Positions 37,021 through 47,976 are shown, counted from the stretch's first letter. The stretch is DNA of 64,000 nt from Candidatus Kaiserbacteria bacterium (GCA_963813065.1 CAWEXP010000010.1:7276-71275), one strand, 5' to 3'. Program-made: numbers and translations. The notes: generated by a model from the letters alone, not told the origin.

Positions 37021-37776
37021 ATGGACACGCAAGAAAATAAAGGACAAGAAAAGAATCTTGCTACGACCAATAGTCGAACCAAGTATGCTCATATAGAAGA
37101 TTTTGTCTTAGAAAAAAGCATATTCTCCAACGTTTTCGAAAAGGACATACAGAGAGTCTATATCTATAAAAAGACCGAGAGATTGGCCAAAGCGATCCAT
37201 CTCGTCTCGCCGGCGTTTGCCGATGCGGTGTCGCTCAAGAACCGTCTCGACGCCGTCGCAGTCGGACTCATCGACGCAGGGACGCTCTCCTCCGCACTCG
37301 CCCGCACCGCACTCGCGCGTGAACTCTTGGCACTCTCGAGCATCCTCGGTGTGGCACGTGCGAGCGGGATGCTCTCGATCATGAACGTCGAACTTATCTC
37401 GCGAGAAGCCCAGCTTCTCCTCCAAGAAGTGGCCGCCTACGAGGAGCCGCGCATCTTCCTCGAAGATGCGCCAACTCTCGCTCAGATGATGAAGCATGCG
37501 CCACTTTCTGCGCCGGCGCATCCGCCAGCTCGGGCACGCTCAGCCTCAGCACGAATACCTCATAAAGGACAAATAAAGGACAGCGGCACCAGTAATCGCC
37601 AAGAAACTATTCTATCGGTCATAAAGGACAAGAAGAATGCCGGTATAAAGGACATTTCGACGCGCTTGCCTCAACTGAGCGAGAAGACCATCCAACGCGA
37701 GCTCCAAGCGCTCGTGGGGCAGGGGATTGTTCGTAAAAGTGGTGAGCGACGTTGGAGTACCTATTCTATTGTCTGA
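37021..37776 (+). CDS. putative transcriptional regulator with C-terminal winged-helix (DeoR-like) domain
   Basis: The C-terminal ~55 aa (ILSVIKDKKNAGIKDISTRLPQLSEKTIQRELQALVGQGIVRK) resemble a wHTH. The N-terminal 200 aa are novel. Confidence 0.4.
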   Translation: MDTQENKGQEKNLATTNSRTKYAHIEDFVLEKSIFSNVFEKDIQRVYIYKKTERLAKAIHLVSPAFADAVSLKNRLDAVAVGLIDAGTLSSALARTALARELLALSSILGVARASGMLSIMNVELISREAQLLLQEVAAYEEPRIFLEDAPTLAQMMKHAPLSAPAHPPARARSASARIPHKGQIKDSGTSNRQETILSVIKDKKNAGIKDISTRLPQLSEKTIQRELQALVGQGIVRKSGERRWSTYSIV

Positions 37777-38224
37777 GCCCTCGAGTGCGTTGACTTAGGG
37801 GGTCGTAACTGCTAGTATGTCTGTGTGGTAGCGACTCGGGGATAGCTAAACAAAGGAAGGCCGGCAACGGTCATTTTTGCGTTTCTATTCTCGACAAGGT
37901 TATCCACACGCATGATAGGAAATAGCTTGTTGTTCCGCTATACTCTTCTATGAGTCCTAGCGGAAAAATTTTCCTAGGGCGGGTCTTTGATAATTGAATA
38001 GCGACCCTGAAAAGTCGCAGAACCCTTACCAACTAGCCCATGGCAGGCAGGTCGATACCGCCTGCTGTGGGATAGTGTGAAAGTGCGCGTGCACTCAAAT
38101 CAAATTGCTTACCTGCAAATGGAGCGAATCAAAATGAAAGTAATCTTTTGTTTTGATGAGCGAAATGCCGCAGGCAAGTCGAACTTGGACTTATTATGTG
38201 CGCTTAAAAATCCTTACTAACGTT

Positions 38225-41200
38225 ATGCAAAATATGACAACGAAAGCGATGGCGAAGGTTGCGGCAGTCGCAACTGGACTCGCGATTGCCGCGTCCGTGC
38301 TCTCGCTCGCGCCGATGGCGCAGGCGGCGGCTCTGACCAGCTCGCAGGTCTCCGCTATCGTCTCGCTCTTGCAGTCCTTCGGGGCTGACAGCGCGACGAT
38401 CGCAAATGTGCAGGCTTCCCTCACGGGAACCCCCTCGAGCACCACAACGGGCTCGATGACCACGACGACCGGTACCGGCTACACCTTCACGCGCGACCTC
38501 ACGGTCGGCTCGACGGGTGCAGACGTGACGGCCCTCCAGAACGCCCTTATCTCTAAGGGTTATCTCAAGGCATCGGCGACGGGCTACTTCGGTAGCTTGA
38601 CGCAGGCGGCAGTCAGCGCGTGGCAGACAGCGGCCGGAGTAACTCCGACGGCTGGCTACTTCGGTGCTAAGTCGCGCGCGGCCTTCGGCGGCGGCTCGTC
38701 TTCTTCTACGACGACGACCACCACGACGACCACCACGACTCCGACAGCGGGCACGGGCACTGGCCTTAAGGTCATGCTCGCACCGACCTCACCGAACGGT
38801 TCGGTTCTCGTCCAGGGTCAGGGCATTGGGGACCTCGGAGACTTCGTCTTCGCGAACCCGACTTCTGCTCCGATCAATGTGACGAGCTTGAGCTTCATGC
38901 GCACGGGTGTCAGCAACGACTCGACCCTCGTCAACGTGTACCTCTACAACGCAGGTACGCGCTTGACTGACTCGGCGGGCGTTTCTAACTCCGCGTTCAC
39001 CTTCTCTGATCCGGTAGCACTCTTCACGGTGCCGGCAGGCCAGACCTACACGGTCTCGGTCCGCTCGGACATCGCGACTGGTTCTTCGGGCCAGCAGATC
39101 GGTGTTGAGCTCACGTCGGCTACCAGCAACGCGACGCTTGACTCTTCGGTCAGCTTCCCGGTTGTGTCTGGCTACCAGACGGTCTCGGCTGCGAATCTCG
39201 CCGGTGTTGATTACGGCTCGTCGGTATCCCCGGCGCAGACCACGATCAGCCCGCAGACGAGCTTCCCGATCTGGCAGGACACGGTCAGCGTGAACACCAA
39301 CCCGGTTAAGCTCTCTTCGATTCGCTTCACCAATCTCGGCTCGATCGATCCTTCCTACGTTACAAACCTGAAACTCTATGTTGACGGCGTGCAGGTAGGT
39401 TCGACGATCCCAGCGATGTCGGCCCAGACGGTCACTTTTGACCTCTCTGCCGCTCCGGTGACGCTCTCGACTTCGAGCCACACCATCAAGGTGCTCGCTG
39501 ACATCACAGGTGGTGCAAGCCGCACCATCCAGTTCTCGGTCCAGCGCTCTAGCGACGCTATGTTCGTCGACACTCAGTTGAATCAGCCGGTTACTCCGAC
39601 CAAGGGTGGTTCGTCCTTCTCTGCCGCTTCGGCACAGCAGGTGACGATCAACTCGGTCACGACTTCTTCGGGCGTCTCGGTCTCTCTTGACCCGTCTTCC
39701 CCGAACCAGTCGATCGCGGTCGGCGCAACGAGCGTCAACTGGGCAACCTTCGACATGCTCGCCTCGGGTGAGAATGTGAAGGTCTCTGACCTCTACGTCT
39801 ACGCAACTGACTATGTCCACACTTCCGGCGGTCTCGCCAACGGCAAGATCCTCGTGAACGGTGTCCAGGTTGGTTCGACGAAGGCTATCGGCGTGTCAGG
39901 CACTGCCACGGACTTCTCGCTCGGCTCCTCGCTCATCCTCCCCCCGGGTCAAACCACGGTGGTGAGCATTTATGCTGACGCGAAGACCGGCGTTGCCTAC
40001 ACGGGCAATCCGGCGAACACGAACCTCTCTGCGGCGGAGACTGTAACGGTCACGCTCGCGGCGGGTTCGGCGAACGCACAGGGCCAGTCCTCGCTCAACT
40101 CGACGAATGTTCCTGCCCAGGATACCTCGGGTAACACCGTCACCGTCGCGGCTTCTTCGCTCAACGCGACGAAGTACACGGGTTACGGCAACCAGACGGT
40201 AGTCGCGGGTAGCAACAGCGCCAAGCTTGGCGCGTTCACGCTCTCGACTGGTTCGACAGAAGGGGTGACGGTCAACACGATCGCCATTTCTCTCTGACCG
40301 CGAACGCAGCTTCGATCACGAACCTGACGCTCAAGGATGATGCTACGGGTAACATCCTCGGCACCGTCATCACGACGCCGTCGACGGGTAACTCATACTC
40401 GGTGAACTACGATATTCCGGTCTCTTCTTCGAGGACGATTGATATCTACGGCAACATCCTCTCGGGTTCTAACCCGGGTACGATTGTCGCTTCGGTTACC
40501 ACGAGCACGACAGGTATCGGTGATACCACTGGCATCGCGGCTTCTGTTCTGAACCCTACTCAGCTTCAGAACATTGGCGTTGGCTCGGGCACGCTTGCCA
40601 TCACTCGCGGCGCGGGTGATCCGGTGAGCAACAACGTCCTCGCCGGCGCAAGTCAGGTGATGGTCGGTGAGTTTAACTTCGCGGCCCAGAACTCGCAGTA
40701 CACGGTCCAGAATCTCGCGATTCTCGTTCCGAATGCTGCGGCGACTTCGGTCACGAACGTGACACTCTCCTACAAGGACGTGAACGGTGCAACGCAGACG
40801 GTGACTCAGCCGCTCACAGTGAACGCAGCAATGCCGTTCGCAACAGCGACCTTCACCGGTCTCACGATGTACGTTCCGATCAACGACTCGTCTAACCTCG
40901 ACGTCTTCGTCGGGACACCGACGGTCGCTTCGGGGCGCTACCTCGGGTGCCGCGATCAACGTGAAGATTGACGAGGGCAACAGTAATACCGCTCTCGACA
41001 ACACCTTCCGCGCGGTCAACAGCGCGGGCGGCTCGATCACGGTCCCGACGACGAGCGTGGTGCAGACACTTGCCAGCAACGGCACGTTCTACGTCCGCAA
41101 GTCGATCCCGACCTTCGCGATGGTCCCGACGAACAACAGCGTGCCCTCCACTGGTTCTCCGCTCTACAAGTTCAGCATCTCGGCTGACCCTGCGGGCGCG

Positions 41201-41656
41201 ATCGAGTGGACGCACTTGGTGTTCAACATTGGTACCAGCACCATCACGGGTGTGACGAACTTCTACCTGACGGACGATGCTTCGGGCAACAACTTGCTTG
41301 ACAGCACTTCCAACTCTGCGACGACGACAGGCACGACCGTTACAGTTGACCTGACGAAGAACGCTCAGCAGGCGAAGTACCAGCAGGTTGCGGCCGGCTC
41401 GACCAAGACCTATGACCTCTACGGTACGGTCTCTGGCTACGGTGCAACAGGCTCGACGCTCACGATCAGCCTTGCCGCGGACGGTGGCGTCGCCACTAAC
41501 GGCTCGGCAGACGGCACGTCTCCGGCAGTCTCGGGTACTCCGAACGTTATCTGGTCTGACCGCTCGGCTTCTGGCCACTCGGTCAGCACCTTCGACTGGA
41601 CGAACGGTTACCTCCTCAAGAACTTCACGAGCAACGCGCTCAGCTACTCCAAGTAG
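38225..41656 (+). CDS. giant surface protein with peptidoglycan-binding domain and Ig-like repeats (two frameshifts: CTCTCT near 40295 and G-run near 40960)
   Basis: Signal peptide, a PG_binding_1-like segment (GADVTALQNALISKGYL...GYFGSLTQAAVSAWQ), a poly-Thr linker, then >900 aa of repeated beta-sandwich-like units continuing through ORFs 40402-40971 and 40961-41656. Confidence 0.6.
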
Positions 41657-41742
41657 TTGAACGGGTTCTCCTAAGTCTTCCAGCTAGGAATTTGGCCTAG
41701 CAGCCCTCCTTCGCCGAAAGGCTACGGACGGGCAAGAAAAAA

Positions 41743-41765
41743 CCACCCTCACGGGTGGTTTTTTC
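41743..41765 (+). terminator. rho-independent terminator
   Basis: CCACCC-TCAC-GGGTGG hairpin followed by TTTTTT. Confidence 0.7.
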
Positions 41766-41783
41766 GTTCTTATCCACAAACCT

Positions 41784-42568
41784 CTGTTCAGATCTGATCT
41801 AAACAAAAAATCCGTTGCTATGGTTACCGAATGAGAATAGAACCCTTCTCGGTTGGTTCCGTTATTCATATTACGAAACGTGGTACGCGCGGAACTGATA
41901 TTGTTCGTGACCGTGGCGACCGGAACCGTTTCATCAAATCGCTCTTCTTATTGAATGATACCTACGTCAGCCCAAATTGGAATCGAGAAACTGCCGAACT
42001 GCCACTCTTCAATCGACCGGCTCATTGGCCAGAGCGCGAGCCGTTGGTGCACATTCTTGCATGGACACTCCTTTCAAATCATTTCCATATACTTGCGCAA
42101 GAAGTTCGCGAGGATGGAACTGCGAAATTCATCCAGCGTTTCAGTATCAGTTTATCGATGTGCTTCAATCTTAAATATGGCGAGCAGGGGAGTATCTTTC
42201 AAAGCGCGTATCATGCCCGAGCCGTGAAGGAAGATTCGCACATGAATTATCTCGTCTTCTATATTCTCGTGAAAAATGTTCTCGAGATGTATCCTGGGGG
42301 ACTTGTTGCGGCTTCCGAAGATTTCGATTGTGCGTGGGAATGGGCGTCGCACTATCCGTTTTCTAGTTTCAAAGACTGGATCTCGGGTGGACATTCTCCG
42401 ATTACTGATGATCCAGAAGCGATACTCCCTCCCGTCGGGGAAGAGGATAGTGTCAAACAAGAAATGAAAGAGCTTCTCGCACGGCACCAAGCCTCACAGG
42501 GAGAAGAATTCCAAGAAATCGCACTTGAGCCGTGGTAATCACTGTTTAGATCAGATTTAAACAAAACA
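41784..42568 (+). mobile_element. IS200/IS605-like (HUH Y1 transposase) element bounded by 27 bp imperfect repeats
   Basis: Flanking repeats CTGTTCAGATCTGATCTAAACAAAAAA (41784-41810) and CTGTTTAGATCAGATTTAAACAAAACA (42542-42568) contain palindromic AGATCNGATCT cores. Interior GC is low. Confidence 0.55.
41831..42538 (+). CDS. IS200-like / REP-associated tyrosine transposase (HUH)
   Basis: HxH motif (SNHFHILAQ) and a downstream catalytic Tyr region (QSAYHARAV), in the order seen in Y1 transposases. Confidence 0.55.
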   Translation: MRIEPFSVGSVIHITKRGTRGTDIVRDRGDRNRFIKSLFLLNDTYVSPNWNRETAELPLFNRPAHWPEREPLVHILAWTLLSNHFHILAQEVREDGTAKFIQRFSISLSMCFNLKYGEQGSIFQSAYHARAVKEDSHMNYLVFYILVKNVLEMYPGGLVAASEDFDCAWEWASHYPFSSFKDWISGGHSPITDDPEAILPPVGEEDSVKQEMKELLARHQASQGEEFQEIALEPW

Positions 42569-42581
42569 TTTCGGAAGGATT

Positions 42582-43403
42582 TTGTTGTATGGTATTCTTG
42601 GTTCTATGAATCTCTCGAATACTCAAAAAGTCTTTCTCTGGGCGGGGTTGATTATCATTATTATTGTCCTCGGCGCTCTCTGGCATTACGTGGGGAAGTC
42701 GACGCCAGCCACCACCATGCCAGCAGAGTCGACCACCACACCAGTCGCGGTCGCTACCACCACACCGGGCGCGCCCGCGATGGCGAAGCAGTTCCCGATT
42801 AATCCCGCCGATTCGATTGCCTCGTGGACGTTCACCGGTTCGTACTCAGGCAATGCCACGCTTGTCGCGCAAGCCAATGCCGACATTGCGCACCTCCAGG
42901 GCCTCGTGGGGAAGGGCCACTATAATGACTACGACCTCTACGACGGCATCGCCAACGACGAGACCAACCTCGGCCAGGGCCAATCTGCCTATCGCGACTA
43001 CAATCGCGCCATCGATCTCTATCCAGGCACCGGCCTCGCCTACATGAACCTCGGACACCTGATGGACATGCTGGGTGCCGAGCAAACAGCAGCCGACGCG
43101 TATGCCAAGTCCGTCGCCGTCGAGCCGGGAACACTCGCGTATCATCTCGCGCGTCTTACGTTCCTCACCACGCGCCTCCCGAGCGATTCTGCGCGCATCA
43201 TGTCTGCGTTCTCCGACGCGAGCAAGCAGTTCGGCGACTCGGCGCCAGTCTTGAGCATCGAGGCCGAATGGCTCACGGGGCAGGGCAGATACGCGGACGC
43301 CATTACTGCATGGAAAAAAGTAGAACAACTCTCGCCCGCGAGCAGTCAAGCTTCTATCGAGTCGGCCATCGCGGCGCTCCAAGCAAAATTGAACACCCAC
43401 TAA
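42582..43403 (+). CDS. membrane-anchored TPR-repeat protein
   Basis: TM anchor, then TPR-like helical repeats (AYRDYNRAIDLYPGTGLAYMNLGHLMDMLG...). An alternative ATG lies at 42606. Confidence 0.5.
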   Translation: MLYGILGSMNLSNTQKVFLWAGLIIIIIVLGALWHYVGKSTPATTMPAESTTTPVAVATTTPGAPAMAKQFPINPADSIASWTFTGSYSGNATLVAQANADIAHLQGLVGKGHYNDYDLYDGIANDETNLGQGQSAYRDYNRAIDLYPGTGLAYMNLGHLMDMLGAEQTAADAYAKSVAVEPGTLAYHLARLTFLTTRLPSDSARIMSAFSDASKQFGDSAPVLSIEAEWLTGQGRYADAITAWKKVEQLSPASSQASIESAIAALQAKLNTH

Positions 43404-43406
43404 CTA

Positions 43407-45572
43407 ATGAAGTATCTCGAACGCGCATACTCCTGGCTCCTCATAGCACCGGTCATCTTGCCGGTCGTGATTTGGGGCGAGGTCGTCTATCCCTACTTGG
43501 TGCCGAAGACGCTCCTCTTCTACGCGTTCATGCTCATCGCGGTGGGCGTGTTCGCCATCCTGCTCGCGCACGGGCGCTCGTTTTATTGGGCGCGATTGAA
43601 AAGGACGGAGACCTGGATACCTGGCGCGCTCCTCGCACTCGCGTACGGCGCGAGTGCCGCCGGACTCGGGTTCTACCACAGCCTCTGGAGCGTCTTCGTG
43701 CGCGGCGACGGTCTCTTGATGCTCACCGGCGTGGTTGTGAGCTTCTATCTCATCCTGCTCGAAACCGACAAGCAGTTTTTTGATAAATTAATGCGCGCGG
43801 TGGCGGTCGTCGGGACTTTTGTCGCGGTCTATGGCATTGGAGAGTTTTTATTTTTTGGAGCGTCTGATCGTGTCGGTGGATTGCTCGGGAATGCCGCGTT
43901 CTTCGCCGGCTATCTCGCCATCGCTTTCTTCGCGACGCTGATTTCTGCTCAGGATCTCTCGCTCGGCTGGCGCCGCGCCGCGTACGTTGGCGCGGCGCTG
44001 GAGCTCATCGCCGTCATCATTTCCGCCACGCGCGGTAGTATCCTCGCGCTCGGTCTCGCGGGCGTCATGGTGCTGTTCTACATTGCCTTTTGCCGGACAG
44101 AATCGGCAGAGGCATCAAAGGTCGCGCTCCGGGCCGCTAGGCCAAGTCTTACTACCTTTGCTACCTCCGCCTCTTCTGTCCGTACGTTCGCACGCGCCGC
44201 ACTGCTCGTGTTGATTGTCGCGGGTGGATTATTTTTTGTGTTTCGCACCGAGCTCGCACACGCGCCCTTCGAGCCCCTCGCGCGCATCGCGTCGATAGGG
44301 CTCAGCGACAACGACACGGCGAGCCGTCTCTTTATTTGGAAAAATATGCTTGGGCAGATTGCGCAGTCGCCCTGGCTCGGCGTCGGCGCGGAGCATATCG
44401 ATGCCGTCTTCAACCGTTTCTACGATCCTACGCAAATTGTCGAACAGTGGTTTGATCGTTCGCACAACGCCTTCCTCGACTATGCCGTGCAGTATGGCAT
44501 CGGCGGACTCCTCCTCTATCTCGGCTTCATTTTCTCCTTCTTCACCGCCGCATTCCGACTCTATCGTCGCGATGAAAAAGTAATCGCCGGTCTCGCCGCA
44601 CTCCTCGCGCTAACCTATTCTGCACAGAACTTCTTTGTCTTCGATACCATTTCCTCCTTCTGGCTTTTTGCCGCACTCCTCGCGGTCGTGCTTGCGCGTT
44701 CATATCCTGGTGCGTCACGCGAGTCGTTCCCCTTGCCGGGCTACACGCGGCCGCTCTCGTGGCTCGCAGGGCTCGTACTCGCGGCTCTTATTATTCCCGT
44801 TTCTATTCTCCCGATGATGGCGGCCTACGATCTCGCACAGGCCTATCATTATCAGCTCACCGATCCCGCGCGCGAGATTAGCTTCCTCTCGCACGGTGTG
44901 GCACTCGGGACCTACGGCGATATCGAATACGGCTACGAGGTCTACGAAATGTATACGAGCCACCAACTCAATTATCTTTCGGGCACGACGCTCGTCGATG
45001 TCTATAAAGCCTCGCTCGCAATTCTGACGAACGATTTCAATGCGTACCCCTACGATGCGCGCACCGCGCTCTATCTCGCGCATGTACTCTCGCTCGCGCC
45101 GCCGGGCGTCGCCATCGACGATAATCTGCTCTCGTCGGCGCTCGAGCGGACCATCCGCCTCTCGCCGAAACGTTCTCAGCCCTGGTATATCCTCGTGAAC
45201 CTCTCGCTCAATCAGGCGAATGCCAATCCTCCCGGCTCTGCCGAGCGCACTGCAGGCTATGCGGCGGCAAAAGATATTTTGACTCACTATATTGCGCTCG
45301 TGCCGACTCTCGCAGAGCCGCACTTTGTCCTCGCCGAACTCGAGCTCGCGGCAGGCGACGCGCCTTCTGCCACCACCGAGGCGGCGCTGGGGAAGCGGTA
45401 TTACACTTCTGACCTCGAGACCGCCCTCCGCGCCGTGACCTACTACGAGACCGTGCGTGATCTGCCTGACGCCGCATTCTTTTTGAATGACATCCTCCGC
45501 ATGGACCCTACCAACATCTCGGCCGCCGAAGACCTCGCAAAAATAAATGCCTATGAACAATCCGCGCAATAA
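43407..45572 (+). CDS. O-antigen ligase/polymerase (Wzy_C) family membrane protein with C-terminal TPR-like domain
   Basis: ~12 TM helices with a periplasmic loop carrying the Wzy_C-type SHNAFLDYAVQYGIGG motif. The C-terminal ~250 aa are soluble and helical. Confidence 0.6.
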   Translation: MKYLERAYSWLLIAPVILPVVIWGEVVYPYLVPKTLLFYAFMLIAVGVFAILLAHGRSFYWARLKRTETWIPGALLALAYGASAAGLGFYHSLWSVFVRGDGLLMLTGVVVSFYLILLETDKQFFDKLMRAVAVVGTFVAVYGIGEFLFFGASDRVGGLLGNAAFFAGYLAIAFFATLISAQDLSLGWRRAAYVGAALELIAVIISATRGSILALGLAGVMVLFYIAFCRTESAEASKVALRAARPSLTTFATSASSVRTFARAALLVLIVAGGLFFVFRTELAHAPFEPLARIASIGLSDNDTASRLFIWKNMLGQIAQSPWLGVGAEHIDAVFNRFYDPTQIVEQWFDRSHNAFLDYAVQYGIGGLLLYLGFIFSFFTAAFRLYRRDEKVIAGLAALLALTYSAQNFFVFDTISSFWLFAALLAVVLARSYPGASRESFPLPGYTRPLSWLAGLVLAALIIPVSILPMMAAYDLAQAYHYQLTDPAREISFLSHGVALGTYGDIEYGYEVYEMYTSHQLNYLSGTTLVDVYKASLAILTNDFNAYPYDARTALYLAHVLSLAPPGVAIDDNLLSSALERTIRLSPKRSQPWYILVNLSLNQANANPPGSAERTAGYAAAKDILTHYIALVPTLAEPHFVLAELELAAGDAPSATTEAALGKRYYTSDLETALRAVTYYETVRDLPDAAFFLNDILRMDPTNISAAEDLAKINAYEQSAQ

Positions 45573-45837
45573 AAATAGACAGCGAATGCTCCCGTTCGTC
45601 GTCGAGTTCGTCAAATTTTCGACCGGATTCGCCGCGGTCATCGCGCTCGCGTTGGTGACACTCCGTTTCGTCTCGGTCGCAGGGCAGGTTGCCACGGCAA
45701 TCAAGTTCTGGTAGGGTAGCCCGGTACGAACCAAAGACCGCTGGCATGCATAAGTCCGGCGTAGGGAGACCTCTCGATTAATACTCGAGGTAAACCAGGT
45801 CGAACTCTCCTTTAATGTTTCGTTCGTACGTACACCT

Positions 45838-46332
45838 ATGGCAATTACGAAAGCGAAGAAGCAGGACATCATCGCGAAACTCACTGAAGCGCTTATTGGC
45901 GCAACGGCGGCAGTCTTCGTACGCTTCAATAAACTTACCGTTGCCGATGTCTCGGCGATGCGCAAGAACTTGAAGAAGGATGGTGTCGAATATTATGTCG
46001 CGAAGAAAACACTCTTGAAGCGCGCGCTCACGGCGCGAGGCTTCGCGGGTGACATTCCCGAGCTCGAGGGTGAGATTGCGATTGCCTGGTCTACAGGCGA
46101 CGACGCGACGCTCCCCGCGCGCGAAGTGCACGGATACGCCAAGAAGCTCAAGGGCGCCGTTGCGCTCGTGGGCGGCGTGTTCGAGAAAGCGTTTGTCGAC
46201 GCCGCGGGTATCCTCGCCATCGCGACGATCCCACCGGTGCCGGTCTTGCGCGGTATGTTCGTCAACGTGATCAATTCGCCCATCCAGGGCCTCGTGGTCG
46301 CTCTAAATCAAATCAGCCTGAAGAAGAGCTGA
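45838..46332 (+). CDS. rplJ: 50S ribosomal protein L10
   Basis: 164 aa L10 pattern, immediately upstream of rplL. Confidence 0.85.
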   Translation: MAITKAKKQDIIAKLTEALIGATAAVFVRFNKLTVADVSAMRKNLKKDGVEYYVAKKTLLKRALTARGFAGDIPELEGEIAIAWSTGDDATLPAREVHGYAKKLKGAVALVGGVFEKAFVDAAGILAIATIPPVPVLRGMFVNVINSPIQGLVVALNQISLKKS

Positions 46333-46423
46333 TTTGATCGGCCGAACATTTTGCCGGGCAAAATGTTTTAGGCGCTCGACAAGATTCGTGAACAGAAGTC
46401 TTAAACCTTAAATACAAATTACT

Positions 46424-46840
46424 ATGGCAGATGAAATGAATGCAGTTCCCGCCGCCGAAGCGGTCGTCGAGGTTCCTGCGAAGTTCAAGAAGCTCGTCGA
46501 GGAAATCGAGACCATGACGGTCCTCGAACTCTCCGAGCTCGTGAAGGTGCTCGAGAAGAAGTTCGGCGTCTCGGCCGCGGCAGTCGCGGTTGCGGGCCCG
46601 TCGGCCGCCGCTCCGGAGGAGGCAGGGAAGTCCACGGCTGACGTGGAGCTCACCGACGCGGGCGCACAGAAGATCGCCGTCATCAAGGTGGTCAAGGAGG
46701 CGCTCGCCCTCGGCCTTAAGGAGGCCAAGGACCTCGTCGACGGTGTTCCGTCGATGCTCAAGCAGGGGCTCAAGAAGGAGGATGCTGAAGAGCTCAAGAA
46801 GAAGCTCGAAGCCGCCGGTGCGAAGGTTACGCTCAAATAA
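46424..46840 (+). CDS. rplL: 50S ribosomal protein L7/L12
   Basis: N-terminal dimerisation helix, Ala/Pro hinge and C-terminal domain ending [13 protein letters not shown]. Confidence 0.9.
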   Translation: MADEMNAVPAAEAVVEVPAKFKKLVEEIETMTVLELSELVKVLEKKFGVSAAAVAVAGPSAAAPEEAGKSTADVELTDAGAQKIAVIKVVKEALALGLKEAKDLVDGVPSMLKQGLKKEDAEELKKKLEAAGAKVTLK

Positions 46841-46853
46841 ATTAGAAAATACA

Positions 46854-46909
46854 AGACCGCGCCAGCTCTGCTGGCGCGGTCTTGACATATTACTACGTTC
46901 GTGTATCTT
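46854..46909 (+). promoter_or_regulatory. rplL terminator hairpin fused to a TTGACA-N16-TATCTT promoter
   Basis: AGACCGCGCCAG-CTCTG-CTGGCGCGGTCT hairpin (46854-46882), whose last bases start TTGACA (46882-46887). ACGTTCGTG precedes the -10 TATCTT (46904-46909). Confidence 0.55.
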
Positions 46910-46969
46910 ATATGAGGATGTTTTGCGACATTCCGTCGCTTCAATAGAGGCCAAAGGAGGGCCAATACA

Positions 46970-47503
46970 ATGCGTACACTCTTTAGCGGCATAGCCGCTC
47001 TCGTGCTTGCCTTTACTCTCGGCGCGTGTGGTGACAGTTCTGGCCCGACCACGATTCAATCCGTCGGCCAGATTACCGTGGACGGCACACAAAACCGTTC
47101 ACAAGCCATTTTTCTAGGCCGTTATGATTGGGCCAACAGCAACATCAATGACGCGAATTTCCCTGCGCACCCGCAAGGCATTCGCGCCGAAGCAATGGTG
47201 CTCGTTGCATTCAATCGCTCGATTTCGTCCGAGAATGCAGATGCCGAAATACGAGCCCGCGGCTTCCGCGCAGCGAATCTTGATGAGTGTCTCGCATATG
47301 GAGCGGCAGTGGCAAGAGCCAGAGGGATTTACAACCTCGCTCCGCCGAGTAACCCGATCGTGTGTCTTGGGCAGTCGGCGCAGGTTGACGGCAATCGCTG
47401 CGTCCCTGGGTTCTGGAGCGGCTTTGGCTACTGGAGGCTCGACCTCGGCCGCTGGGCGAGTGACTGGCGCTCCGACTTTCGCTTCCTCGCCGCTCGCACT
47501 TAG
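46970..47503 (+). CDS. lipoprotein, second DGR-type target protein
   Basis: Signal peptide with lipobox (LAFTLGAC). The C-terminal 43 aa are encoded by VR2 (SAQVDGNRCVPGFWSGFGYWRLDLGRWASDWRSDFRFLAART). Confidence 0.6.
   Translation: MRTLFSGIAALVLAFTLGACGDSSGPTTIQSVGQITVDGTQNRSQAIFLGRYDWANSNINDANFPAHPQGIRAEAMVLVAFNRSISSENADAEIRARGFRAANLDECLAYGAAVARARGIYNLAPPSNPIVCLGQSAQVDGNRCVPGFWSGFGYWRLDLGRWASDWRSDFRFLAART
47375..47500 (+). repeat. DGR variable repeat VR2
   Basis: ~126 bp homologous to TR2 (47851-47976). ~22 mismatches, ~18 at positions where TR2 has A. Shared 3' end TCGCTTCCTCGCCG. Confidence 0.75.
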
Positions 47504-47561
47504 TCCTCACGATCCTCTGTCCTTTTGCAAGGGACACTTAGGACTTAGACACTTTGAACTT

Positions 47562-47592
47562 CCGCGCGGCTTCCCAGCCGCGCGGTCTTTGT
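47562..47592 (+). terminator. GC hairpin + T-rich run 60 nt after VR2
   Basis: CCGCGCGGC-TTCCCA-GCCGCGCGG hairpin followed by TCTTTGT. Confidence 0.5.
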
Positions 47593-47850
47593 ATAAAATA
47601 GATCCGACAGGTGAATAGTCACCGGCGGTTACGGCTTCCGGCTACCTGTCCGCAACCTCTGTTGCCAGAATTCGAGCGGCCACGGCTTCTCGGAGCGTGT
47701 GGCGGAGATTGTCCAAAATCGAAGGACTTGTTGGTGCGAGATGCTGGCGGATTAGAGCTTTTTGTAGCTCGAGATCCCAAACAAGATTCAATCCGGAGAT
47801 CAGCCGCAAGGCTTTCTATGGATGGTGGCATGGATGGCATCTCGTACTCA

Positions 47851-47976
47851 TCGGCGCAGGTTGACGGCAATCGCAACGTCCCTGAATTCTGGAACGACAA
47901 CGGCAACTGGAAGCTCGACCTCGACAACTGGGCGAATGACTGGAACTCCGACTATCGCTTCCTCGCCGTTCGCAAC
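47851..47976 (+). repeat. DGR template repeat TR2 (no adjacent RT)
   Basis: Adenine/AAC-rich copy encoding NRNVPEFWNDNGNWKLDLDNWANDWNSDYRFLAVRNN. Followed by a strong GC hairpin plus T-run at 47993-48036. Confidence 0.7.
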
